In this document: one piece after another, positions 37,930-50,143 of the stretch
Numbering within the stretch: position 1 is the first letter of the stretch
Layout of the letters: each line of letters starts with the position of its first letter
Assembly: GCA_951406725.2 (NCBI GenBank)
Contig: OX597820.1
Span: forward strand, 128,216,001 to 128,280,000
From: Octopus vulgaris
Lineage: Eukaryota
Reading direction: 5' to 3'
DNA: 64,000 nt
Notes under the pieces: generated by a model
Seen by the model: the letters and a program-made list of their open reading frames with translations, nothing else
Told to the model about the DNA's origin: nothing
Databases searched by the model: none
Position numbers and translations under genes: made by a program

Positions 37930-40260
37930 TTTTTTAGCCAGGGACCAGGGACACCAGGACACAGGCTGGAACCTAGTAATAAGGAAAAACCGAAGATAAT
38001 CAATCTTTCAACCAAACCTCTTTCTAACATAAAAATTGACATCCTCGCAAAAGGGCTCAAATTTACACCAACTCCACGCAGAGCAAACCTAAATGAACTC
38101 AAGGATAATATAACAGAATTTTGCAGAAAATTAAGACTAGCAGAAGCATCAAACAGTTTCAATACTGAAGATGAATCACTAGTCAAGAACAAAAGTGAAC
38201 ACATCCCACACAGAGGAAGAAATAAAGATCTTGACGAATTCTGTAACCACATTGAGAACTTCCCCTACCATACTATACATAAACAGAAAGCTAACCCAAA
38301 TTTTAACACTACACAATGGAAAGAACTGATAGAACTCCAAAATGATGAAGATATAACCATTAAGGAAGCGGACAAGGGAAATGCAGTTGTAATAATGGAT
38401 ACATCATACTACAGAAATCTTGTAATTTCCTTGCTTGATGAAGACCTACATTATGAAAAAATTACCAGCTACACCCCACAAAAAATAATGAAAACTCTAT
38501 CTTCACTAATTAAAACCCATGAAAAGGAACTGACAACCAAAGAGATTGATTTCCTAACAAACTTTAAATGCAAACCTAGCCTTTTCTATGGTCTGCCAAA
38601 AATTCATAAAAGTCAAATTATAAATGAAACCATTAAAAAATCACCAAAGACATACATACACACACCTAATCCGGGGGACCTAAAACTACGACCCATTGTA
38701 GCTGGCCCAACCTGTGAAACACACAGACTAAGTCTACTTATGGACATCCTCCTGAAACCCTTCCTTAAACATATCGATAGCCATATCAGAGATGACTTAG
38801 ATATGTTAAACCACCTTCCAAAAAAAACCAAGGAAGAAACAATCCTGGTTTCATTTGATGTAGTCAACTTGTATACCAGTATACCTCATAATTATGGACT
38901 GGAGGCAATACAGTTCTGGTTAGACCAATTTCCGGAAGAAATACCAAAAAGGATCAGTAAGGAATTCATTACTAAATCAATTGAATTCATCCTACACAAT
39001 AACCACTTCATGTTTGACAATACATTTTACCGTCAAAAATCCGGAATTGCTATGGGTACAAGGGCAGCACCAGTCATTGCGAACTTAACAATGGGATACA
39101 TGGAAATAATCATTTACCAGGAATCTCTATCAATCTTTGGAAACTCCCTCTCTCAATACATAAAAGAGAATTGGAAACGATTCCTAGACGATTGTTTCAT
39201 TCTCTGGAATGAAAACATAGATAAACTCCTAAAATTTAAAAACCTATTGAACAGCATAAACCCAAATATACAGTTCACAATGGAATACAACCAAAAGGAG
39301 CTCCCGTTCTTGGATATACTAATTAAAAAAATTAACCTTAAAATAGAAACAGACATTTTTTACAAAGCCACAGACGCCAAACAATACCTTCTTTTTAATT
39401 CATGCCACCCAAGACACACTAAAACAAACATCCCCTTCAACCTTGCAAGAAGGATATGCACAATAGTGTCAGAACAAAATACCAGGAACTTTAGACTGCA
39501 AGAACTCAAAAACACCCTAATTGATAGACATTACCCAGCTCAACTCATAGAGGATGGGATCAGACGTGCAACAGAAATCAACATAGAAACTTTAAGAAAA
39601 GTTCAACACAACAACACACCTTCCCCGAAAATACTACCTTACATATCTACATACAACCCCAGAAACAAAGAAGCCTTCACCATCATCACCCAGAATTTAC
39701 CAATACTTCATAAAAACCCAAAATTAAAGGAAATTCTAAACATACACCAAATCATTAAAAGCTACAAACAGCCTAAATCACTTAAAAAGATTCTCACAAA
39801 GGCAAAATTGTCTTCTAAAATTACGGATGCAAAAGTAAAAAAATGTGGTAGATCGAACTGTGCAACATGTCCTAACCTATTGGAAGGATCAGAATTCTTC
39901 TTTAAAGAGGGACAGAAATTCAAGATCAAATCTAACTTTACTTGAGCCTCTGAAAACATAATTTATGTTATTAAATGCTCGGGCTGCCACCAATACTACG
40001 TGGGTTCAACGGGACTATCACTCAGGCGTAGATGCACACTGCATCGACAACAGATTGCATTCCCAGAATATAGAATGATACCTTTTAGTGAGCACATTGA
40101 GAAATGCGCAAAGCAAATACTGCCACAATTTTTAATCTTCCCATTTTACCAATGTGCTTTCGGATCATCAACACAAATGAGACTGAACAAGGAAACATTC
40201 TTCATTGAAAAGTACAAACCCAGACTCAACCATCCGAAAATACTGACACAGAGAAATTAA
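37930..40260 (+). pseudogene. PLE RT + GIY-YIG polyprotein; one in-frame stop at 39943-39945
   Basis: IINLS, KGLKFTP, IKEADKGNAVVIMD, FYGLPKIHK, LRPIVA, SFDVVNLYTSIP, GIAMGT, RFLDDCF, LPFLDI, then FT*ASENIIYVIKC..YYVGST..R..H. Confidence 0.93.
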
Positions 40261-40404
40261 CAAGGAAAAAGGAAAAAAAAAAAAAAAATTTTTAAGCGAT
40301 TATCTCCCTTACACCGGAAGAAATCACTCACTACCTCCCCTTATTTAGAAATCTCCTGTTAATAAACACAACGATAACTCCATGCAATATAAACATAACG
40401 TCAC

Positions 40405-40444
40405 AAGAAATTTGAAAAGCTACACGCGAAACCGGTAATTTCTT
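40405..40444 (+). ncRNA. Minimal type I hammerhead with compensatory U3-A8 core
   Basis: AAGAAAU-UUGAAAA-GC(UACAC)GC-GAAA-CCGG-UA|AUUUCUU. Confidence 0.75.
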
Positions 40445-40628
40445 TAAAAATTTTAAAATTATGTCATTTTAAGGAAAGGAAAAAAATTTTTCCAATATTC
40501 TCCAGACATTTTGACACAAATATATATATTTTTTAACATTTAAGCCTTCTGTCGTTTTTTCACACTTTACTATTTTCTTATATATTCACCCACGTGCTTT
40601 ACCAAACAAACTTTCTTATCTATATACA

Positions 40629-40694
<66 letters not shown>

Positions 40695-40705
40695 TGCATA
40701 CATAC

Positions 40706-40768
<63 letters not shown>

Positions 40769-40814
40769 TAGATACATGCATATGTGTGTGTATATATATA
40801 TAATACATACACAC

Positions 40815-40974
40815 ATTTTTTCTCTCTCCGTTTATTTTCCTCTTCGTCTTTTCAGTCGAAGAGCGTGGGCTCGAAACATCAAAGACTTTTCCATTCTTCT
40901 CGAGCGATAAACTAATACACCTGCTTGTTCTCCCTTCACCTGTCTTAATCTTTTGTTTTCCGTATATTTTGAAC

Positions 40975-40978
<4 letters not shown>
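40815..40978 (+). mobile_element. Short PLE-repeat-like fragment with HHR-like fold between (TA)n tracts
   Basis: GUCUUU..UCGAAGAGC(GUGG)GCUC-GAAA-CA-UC-AAAGAC at 40846-40886; non-canonical core. Confidence 0.45.
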
Positions 40979-41061
<83 letters not shown>

Positions 41062-41090
41062 GTGTGTGTGTGAGTGTGTATGTATGTATA

Positions 41091-41123
<33 letters not shown>

Positions 41124-41414
41124 ATGTTCCAATGTCTTTCCAGATTTTTCAAAACATTCTAAATGAAATATTGAATTTAGATAATTAAATGAAATAATAG
41201 TACCCGCACATTAGCATAAATGATGTAAGTATTGTATTGTGCAAGATACGAGTCTATGCAAAGTACCAGTAGAGGAGTCTGGCAGATACAGGAATTTTAA
41301 GTTTCTGCTTGTAGTTTATCGTGGATTATAACATGTTCAGGGCTATCAGAATTTGGTTTTGTATTTATATGCGTATATGTATATATGTACGTATACGTAA
41401 GCATATACATGTAT

Positions 41415-41970
41415 ACGAGGGGTACCCAAAAAGGAACCGGAAACGTTCTCTGCAGAGCAAACCAGTAGTAGTTCATATTTCCACCGCTAGAAGCCACTTG
41501 ATGCAACCCTCAGGCATCAGTCTGCTGACCGGCGTCGTCGAGTTAAGTTGTACTGCCACGCGGTGCGTCTTTATTTTGCTGTGCTTCTCCCCTGTTCGTC
41601 GATTTTTGAGGTGGCTGAAACGAAGGAATAGCGTGCTTCCATGAAATTCTGTTTTCTACTGGAGAAAACAGCAGCCAAAATATGTCATGCTTCAAACACC
41701 TTACAAGGACGCTGCCATGAGAAAAACACAAGTTTACGAGTGATTTTCACGCTTTAGGAATGGTCACTTGTTGTTTGAAGATCAATCTTGTTCAGGGTGA
41801 CCGTCGAAATCTGAAACGAATGAAAACATCACGAAAATTCATGAACTGATCTTGGAGGACCAAACAATTGACGAACTTGTTTATATGACTAGTGTGTCGT
41901 GGAGCTTCTGCCAACGAATTTTGAGCGAGGAATTGCGAATGAAGAATTGCAGTAAAATTTGTAACTCGCT
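41415..41970 (+). mobile_element. Mariner 5' fragment (HTH region)
   Basis: TA-CGAGGGGTACCCAAAAAG end; MKFCFLLEKTA..MLQTPYKDAAMRKTQVYE*FSRFRNG..ED..SG*PS. Confidence 0.8.
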
Positions 41971-42796
41971 TGTGTGTGTATGCGTGGAGGCAGGTGTTAT
42001 ATTTACATGGTTGTTTCCATGACATCTTAAATTGTCATAATAAACGTTTGAGGTCGTGTTACTCTTTTGCTTGTTTGTTTAGATTTGTTTTATTTTCTGT
42101 CCCCTCTATCTACTTCTATTTCGTTCTGGTTAATTATCCTTTTCATGTCTAATTGTTTAATACGATATGCTCTTTTCATTATATTATGAAAGATTTTATA
42201 TATATATTATTCAGTAAACACAATATATGTTTTTATGTATTACTATTAGTTTCATGTGCTGAGAACATGCCAAACATTGCTTTATAACACGTCTGGTGCC
42301 CCAACACAATCAACAGACACGGCCCGCACAGCATACAAGATGGATTACTTTATTCGTTGATCTTACCATCACAGTACAGTTTACTAATATAGAGTCAAAA
42401 ATATCTCCCAATTCGGAAGTAATGCATATTAACCGCTACTTTGATTCACCCTGTATGTATACATATCTATGCATGTGTTTACATATATATATATATATAT
42501 ATATACATAGTGTGTGTGTACGTGTGTTTTGTTTGTAGTATTACTTTCATCAGTTTATAGCGCCTTAACTTTTTATGTGTAGTTGTTTGTTCCCTATATT
42601 TTCGGTGTAGTCAATGTACGAGTTTTGTTATTTTATTTCTGAGATCTATTATTTAATAAATCTCAAAAGTGTGGCTGGGTAACATGTGCGATGCTTTCGC
42701 CAATTGTTTTGGAGGCATATATTGTTTCAAGGAGACACTGATGCCCTCTCCATTTTCCTACCTTTTAACCCAGTAGATTACCCGCGATATGGCAGG

Positions 42797-42837
<41 letters not shown>

Positions 42838-43024
42838 TTGCAACGACAAGATTTGTACTTATTTTCAGCTGATTCTACTGAGGTAACATGAAATACAGGC
42901 ATTGATCAAGGAGACAACGCGCCAGCTCGTTCAGGAGTTGAACCCACAGTAGAGTGATCATAAATGGAACACTCTAACCAATGCAGCGCAAGCTTTCACA
43001 AATTAATATTATATTATCACATAA

Positions 43025-43252
43025 AGTGGCGACCTGACAGAATCGTTAGTACGCCGGGCAAAATGCTTAGTGGTATTTCGTCCGCTGATATGTTCTGAGT
43101 TCAAATTCCGCCGAGGTCGACTTTGCCTTTCATCCTTTCGGGGTCGATTAAATAAGTACTAGTTACGCACTGGGGTCGATATAATTGATTTAATCCGTTT
43201 GTCCTTGTTTGTCCTCTCTGTGTTTAACCCCTCGTGGGTAGTAAAGATATAG
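43025..43252 (+). mobile_element. SINE S2 with Tx1-type 3' tail
   Basis: tRNA-like head GGCGACCTGACAGAATCGTTAG..GAGTTCAAATTCC; tail TTGTTTGTCCTCTCTGTGTTTAACCCCTCGTGGGTAGTAAAGATAT. Confidence 0.8.
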
Positions 43253-43640
43253 GTATTTCGTCCATCTTTATTTTTTGGGTTCAAACGCCGCTGGAGTCGA
43301 CTTTGCCTTTCATCTCCTTTTGGGGTCGATAAAATAAGTACTAGTTGAGCACTGGGGTCGATGTAATGGACATAGCCCATCTTCCAAAATGGCTGGCCTT
43401 GTGCCAAAATTAGAAACCAATATTATCACATAAAGTGGCGAGCTGGCAGAATCGTTAGTATGCCGGACAAAATGCTAAGCGGTATTTCGTCCGTCTTTAC
43501 GTTCTGGGTTCAAATGCCGCAGGGGTCGACTTTGTTTTTCATCCCCTTTCAGTGTCGACAAAATAAGTACCAGCTGAGAATTGGAGTCGATGTAATCGAC
43601 TTAATCAACTTGCTGGCCTTGTACCAAAATTTGAAATCAA
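43253..43640 (+). mobile_element. Two further tandem SINE S2 copies with a different tail (GGCCTTGTGCCAAAATT.GAAA)
   Basis: Repeat the S2 body. More copies at 44610-44810, 45920-46075(-), 60928-61110 and 62150-62570(-). Confidence 0.75.
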
Positions 43641-43647
43641 AATTATA

Positions 43648-44599
43648 TCTCTCTATATATAAACGGCTGTTTGTCTGTCTGTGTGTCTGTCAGGTTGTAC
43701 CCTCACCCTGACCACGGCTTTCAACCGATTCTGATAAAACTTGACACGCACATAGCCCAATGTCATAATTCAAAACTAACTTAGCGAAAATTTTGAAAAG
43801 TTCCCCCAGTTCTGAAAAAGATCGATAAATTCGACATGGGGTCGAAAATCAGAAACACAAACCACAGACTGTCTAGGGGACGCAACTCGACCTTTTTAAC
43901 TCTGAACTCCATCAATATCCAGCTACTTGAAGCTATTCCTGGTGATGTCCACGTCTACAAATCTATTGATAGGACAGCAGACCCCACCGAGCTTGCCGAT
44001 TATCCTGTTGAATTCCTGAATTCACTTGAACCGCCAGGCCTGCCGCCACACAGCCTGAAGTTAAAAGTCGGTGCGCCCATTATGCTTATCAGGAATTTGG
44101 TTCCACCTGAACAGTACAACGGCACACGTCTGGTTGTGAAACATTTGGCACCACATTTAATAACGGCCACAATACTTACCGGTTGTGAGAAGGGAGAGGA
44201 CGTCATCATTCCACGCATGCACATTCAACCGTCGGGCGCTGACCTACCAATCCACTTCAGGCGTTCTCTGTTTCCTGTTAAACTCTGCTTCGCAATGTCC
44301 ATCAATAAATCCCAAGGCCAAACGCTACAAGTCGCTGGGTTACATTTGGGCGAACAGTGCTTCGCCCACGGTCAACTCTATGTGGGCTGTTCACGCGTTG
44401 GGAGGCGCAATGATGTTTTCATGTTTTCGCCCAAAGGGACAGGTAGGAACATCGTATACACAGAAGTATTCGAGTGAAGAGAAGACATTGCAACCTACAC
44501 ATGCGCCTTCCTTCCCTAGAGGGAAAGGACTAGATTGGGATTAGTCGTTGCCTACTAGGGGCTCTTACATACCCGGGAAACGCCGGGCTATGCTGCTAG
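43648..44599 (+). mobile_element. Helitron family A deletion derivative retaining the helicase C-terminus
   Basis: A|TCTCTCTATATATAAACGG...CCCGG-GAAACG-CCGGG..CTAG|T; 5' part shared with 838-1222. Confidence 0.92.
43900..44477 (+). pseudogene. Pif1-like (RepHel) helicase C-terminal fragment
   Basis: YPVEFLNSLEPPGLPPHSLKLKVGAPIMLIRNL..NGTRL..FPVKLCFAMSINKSQGQTL..CFAHGQLYVGCSRV..NIVYTEV. Confidence 0.93.
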
Positions 44600-45048
44600 T
44601 TATAACTAAAGGGCGGTGAGCTGGCAGAGATGTTAGCATGCTGCGTAAAATGGCAGCATTTCGTCCGTCTCTATGTTTTGAGTTCAAATTCCGCCGAAGT
44701 CGACTTTGCATTTCATCTTTTCAGGGTCAATAAAATAAGTACTGGAGACAATGTAAACGGCTTACCCACTTCCCCGAAATTGCTGGTTTTGTGCCAAAAT
44801 TTGAAACCAATTTTTTATATTATCATTATTATTACCATGTTAAAGATATGCATAGGAGGTGGCAAGATAACAGAATTGTTAGCGCGCCAGGTAAAAGTCT
44901 CTTTCAATTCTGAACTCAAATTCTACCTTTTGGGGCCGATAAGGTTGAACCCTGGGGTTCGGTGTCATCGACTTAACTCCATCCCCCAAAATTGATGACC
45001 TTGTTTTAAAATTTTAACTCATTGTTTGTTTAATGTGGCAGGAGAGAA

Positions 45049-45088
<40 letters not shown>

Positions 45089-45682
45089 TTTTTGCTGCTG
45101 AAGTTGAAAGCGCTATAATATTGCTACTAATTTTCACCTGTTTTCTTCGTCGTCGTTCTCGTGACCGTCAACATCTTCAACATAATTGGTAGACGGATTA
45201 CTGGTGATAGTGGTGGCGAAGTGCGGAGGTTTACTTGCGACTGGAACATCGTTGTCGCTGTCATAGATTATTAAAATGAGAGACAAATTTTACATTTTCC
45301 CTCGATATCTTGTTGTTTCACTGAAGGTGGTGATGATGGGGGGGGGGGGGTAGGGTGCGGGAGTTTTTAACATTATTTCTTTGTCCTGTTATTTTCTTTT
45401 TCTTTTTTTTTTTGTCCCTTGATGTCTTTCCCGCTTGATTATGAAACAAACAAATGTTCAAAATGAAAACTAAAACACTAAAACGTTAGCGACTAGTGGA
45501 CTACATTACTGGCCAATTCTGCGACAAGACAAATGAAATGAATGAAAATAATAAACAGCTTCAATGAATAAAGTCGACAACAAATATGACAAGTACACCG
45601 AACGGTAAAAGTTCGAAGCTAACCGTTAAACAACAAGAACAACAACAATGATTTCTTTTATATAATAATAATAACAATTATG

Positions 45683-45790
45683 TTTTCTGTATTAATCACT
45701 AAGGGTTCGCAAAAAGCCCTGGGGGCGGTACAGGACAACACAAAGTGGGGTTACATAAAAGGCGTGTAAAAAGTGAAAAATAAAACAGTA
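45683..45790 (-). mobile_element. Diverged isolated Tx1-family 3' tail
   Basis: Minus TTTTATGTAACCCCACTTTGTGTTGTCC...GAACCCTTAGTGATTAATACAGAAAA resembles the shared tail. Confidence 0.45.
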
Positions 45791-46649
45791 ACAATATAAG
45801 ATTAGAACTCAGATGATACGCTGCTAAGCATTTTGCCCGACATGCACACGATTCTGCCAGCTTAGTAGCTTAAAAGAAATAATGATAATAATAATTATTA
45901 TTATCATTATCACGGCTCAAGGCTAGCAATTTCTGGGGAGAGATATAATCGATTACACGTTCTACTGGTACTTATTTTATCGACTCCGAAATGATGACAA
46001 GCAAATCCAACATCAGCGGAATTTGAACTCAGAACGTAAAGACGGACAAAATGCCGCTAAGCATTTTGTGCGGTATGAGAAGGATTATATATTAAATATT
46101 AAATATCATATATAACACATTTTGTCTTTGTGGTGTATTTTCCGATATATTACACATTGTATCAGGATGTCCTGCGCTAAATCGTATGAAATATATTTCA
46201 AGAGATAATATTATATCAGTGCTACTCCACATACGCCTGACCACCCAATTCAGCTTCTTTAATAAAAAGTTCTGAGATATTCATATTAATCTCCATCTAG
46301 CTTAGACAAACGACAATGCAAAAATACTATGGAACTTTGGCATACAGACAGACCACTAAATAGCACATAATAGGCCTGTCATTTTTCCATGACGAAATAT
46401 GACAGCAGTCTATTAATAATGTTCACAGCAATACAAAGATGACTGTAATGTATTGAAGTGGGTTGAAAAGAAAAGGAATTACATCGACTGAGCAGCTGAA
46501 TGAAAAGTATTATGGCAGTTAATAAATGTGACCACCGTCCCATTTGTAATTGATAGAACTAGAATAATACCCAGCGGTTTATGCAAGAATATTGGCATAC
46601 TTCAAGAGACAGAGATACTCTGTAGAAAATAGCCATGCCATGATGTATA

Positions 46650-47292
46650 AATATTACTGGAACATTTTCACTCAGTAATAATAATACTAGGGTATGTAAT
46701 TATTGCTGGTACATTTTCACGTGTTAATAACATTACTAGGGCCAGTAGTCATTCCTGGAACATTATTAGGTGGTATAACAGGACTAGGATCTATAATCAT
46801 TTCTGGAACTTCTTCACTCAGTAAGAGAAACACTGGGAACTCTAAATATTGTTGGAATAATATAGTAATGATATAGACTTTGGCTTAAATCTGACATGAA
46901 CTCTAGGAGTTGGTGGCCTGGAGCTTGATCCGGTTCCTACGGCGCATAGGTGACTAAGATTACAACATTTTCCACTGAACGGATCGTTAGTCTGTTGCAG
47001 GATAACTTCCCAGCTTTTACTAGAACCCATCTACAGCTGAGTGGACTGGAGCAACGCGAAAAGAAGTCTTTTGCTCAAGAACACAACGCACCATCTGATC
47101 TTACGATCGTGAGTGCTGCCCTCTAACGGCTGGGCCATGTGCTTTCAACATAAACATTTTGCGATCTGTAAATATTACTGGTGTATTTTCACACAGTGAT
47201 AGCAAGACTGAGGTCTGCAAATATTGTTGCAGCATTTTCACACTAATAACAATACAAGAATATGAAAATATAGATGGTGCATTTTTACACAA
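46650..47292 (+). repeat. Degenerate ~49-bp tandem array, interrupted by a SINE (~46900-47145)
   Basis: ATT.CTGG.ACATTTTCAC recurs every 47-49 bp. Confidence 0.6.
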
Positions 47293-47351
47293 TAATGATC
47301 ATAATAATCCTTTCTACTAAAGACAGAAGGCCTGAAATTTGGTGGGAGGCG

Positions 47352-47419
47352 ATTTCGATGACCGCCTACATGGTAAACAAAACGATCGTTTTGTTTACCA
47401 TGTAGGCGGTCATCGAAAT
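47352..47419. repeat. Perfect 68-bp palindrome with no spacer
   Basis: ATTTCGATGACCGCCTACATGGTAAACAAAACGA followed by its exact reverse complement. Confidence 0.95.
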
Positions 47420-47454
47420 TTTTGTTTGTCTTGTTGTCGAGAGAGGGTCCCTTT

Positions 47455-47536
47455 CTTTCCTGATGAGAAGATTGCATCTTACACCCTTTATTCCTTTGGA
47501 ATGAAACCATGTTGTCTTCGAAACATATGTCGAGAG
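47455..47536 (+). ncRNA. Canonical type I hammerhead ribozyme with long loop II
   Basis: CUUUC-CUGAUGA-GAAGA[43 nt]UCUUC-GAAA-CAUAUG-UC|GAGAG. Confidence 0.88.
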
Positions 47537-47684
47537 TAAAGGAATTTTGTTAACATCTTCGTTCGACGCCATTCTTTCATCTATTTATATATATATATAA
47601 TAACAAAATAATAAATAAAACATATGCATATATACATACATATATGTACGTACCTACATCTATATGTATATATACATGCATATA

Positions 47685-48170
47685 TGGGTACAAGACACCA
47701 AAAAAACGTCGAACACAATGAGAAACGAAAACATAAACACAAAACCAAGGAAATGGACATTTTTCTTAAACAACGAAAACATAGAGTACAAGACATACAA
47801 CACAAGGAACATTCCCCTTCTTCAGCCGCCTCTGTTTTATCTACTCCGCGTTTCGAAGGTAAAGGCGAGACACGAATTTATTGAAACAATCCTTCCCGCA
47901 AAAGCAAATTAAATAAAATTTGAGATTTTTTTGCGGAGGGGTGAAAATGGTAACAAAAACAGGACAGTAAAAACAATACAAAATATAAACAGTAAAAGAC
48001 AGGACAAAGAGAATAACATTAACACGAACATTAAGGGTTGTTAAGCCAGAACGAATGAAAAAATATTTTGAACGCTTTGAGAACGGCGAGAGAGACAGTG
48101 AAAGCCGTCTAATCCTATCAGGTGGTGCTATTAAGTTAGACATGGCCTGGACCAATCTCTGGTCGAAACA
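47685..48170 (-). mobile_element. Probable PLE terminal-repeat fragment; partial inverted copy at 48862-48912
   Basis: 48862-48912 is the reverse complement of ~48012-48065; embedded in TA-rich tracts. Confidence 0.45.
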
Positions 48171-48598
48171 TATCTAAGTTTTATCTAAGTTTTATGCATA
48201 TCGATGATATATATATATATAACATCGATAATACATACCTATATAATACATATTGATAATATTGGGGTTGGTCCACTGCTGAGGACCAAAACAGAATTCT
48301 AGTGATGGATAATATATTGATAGAAAGATTACATATATAATCACGTTGCTCATGTATTTGATTGATCGATGGATCGATGATGAATCTCTGTTGTTTTTCT
48401 AATTTATCATCATCATCATCGTCATCGTCGTCCTCATCATCAGTTTTATCACTATTTTGCTACCCTGGTTTTTACTTTCTTTATGTTATATATATAAAGG
48501 TTATGGAGAGGGTCTTGTGTGGAATATAATCTGTGCTTAGCAATCCTATTTTTTAAAAGTATTATATATATGATGTATATATAAAATAAATACATACA

Positions 48599-48663
<65 letters not shown>

Positions 48664-48821
48664 GTATACATATATATATATATTGATATATGTAGATAGA
48701 TATAGATATATTTATATATTTACATATATATCTGTGTGTGTCATTGGATGGAGAATGTTGTAGGGGTTGATCTCATCAATAACGGAACAGTAAATTACAT
48801 AAATAAATATAAATAAACAGA

Positions 48822-48867
<46 letters not shown>

Positions 48868-48911
48868 TTCATTCGTTCTGGCTTAACAACCCTCAATGTT
48901 CGTGTTACTGT

Positions 48912-48945
<34 letters not shown>

Positions 48946-49015
48946 ATTATTCATATTATATATATATTATATATATATATATACATATTTATATTATATA
49001 TATACATTTATAGAT

Positions 49016-49131
<116 letters not shown>

Positions 49132-49168
49132 ATCTATAAATGTATATATATAATATAAATATGTATAT

Positions 49169-49202
<34 letters not shown>

Positions 49203-50086
49203 ATATGAATAATATATATATATAATATAAATATGTATATATTTATATAATATAAATATGTGTATATATATATATGTACCTGTATATATTCACACACACA
49301 CGCTCACGCACACATGTATATATGCATTCTTTATATCGTTATTTAATTATTGAGTATATATCGTTAAAATGCATTAAAAAAACTAGGATTTTATTGCTCT
49401 GCCGTTGCTATAACCGTTCACCCCCACCAGCACCAGTCGCCTTACAGCAAAACTATTTCATGATTCTTCTGTACAACCATACAACCAAATATATTTGTAT
49501 GCGTTTGCACGTTTAGGCCTATGTGTGTCTCTGCGCGTGTGTGTATGCGTGTACTTGGGGAGTATAACTTGTTGTTCATACTGTACGTATGTGCATTTAA
49601 TTGTATAATCTTTCCCTATAACCTGTTCGTTTATGTTCATTTCATTATAATGCCAGCATTTTACGGATATTGTGTTCTGCAACTGACAATGCTGTGCATG
49701 TCTGGTGTAGCTGGGGCTATACTGGGATATTGTCATAGATATCAAAATTGTCTCAAAACCAGCAAAACTGCTCTCCTTTGTTATTAGTCCATAGACACAA
49801 ACTTTTATTGGAAACTATTTCTTGCTGCGTATTATTTCGATATTCCCAAAGCTTTATGCTTAGAAAATGTTCACAGTTCATTGTGAAGAAATTCTTCTAA
49901 CTTTAACATAAAATATCTGTATACTTGCAGGTATGGGTGTGTGGTTAAACAAGCTAGCTTCCCAGCTATGTAGTCTCGGGTTCAGTTCCACCACGCGGCA
50001 TCCTGGGCAAGTACCTTCTACTAAACCCCCGGGCCGACTGATCATTTTGTAAGAATTCGGTAGACGGAAAATGTGTAGAAGCCTGT

Positions 50087-50139
<53 letters not shown>

Positions 50140-50143
<4 letters not shown>

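Larger units (their letters stand above)
37395..40620 (+). mobile_element. Near-complete Penelope-like element flanked by (TA)n
   Basis: Upstream N/T/H-rich frame, RT, GIY-YIG, and a 3' region with an HHR variant. Confidence 0.92.

Noticed and set aside
45050-45265. (CAG)n and short acidic/Thr-rich frames on the minus strand as a host exon
   Set aside because: Frames are under 50 codons, with no recognisable domain or convincing splice pair.
47810-47900. CUGAAGA and GAAACGCG on the minus strand
   Set aside because: No NUH site or stem I in the correct order.
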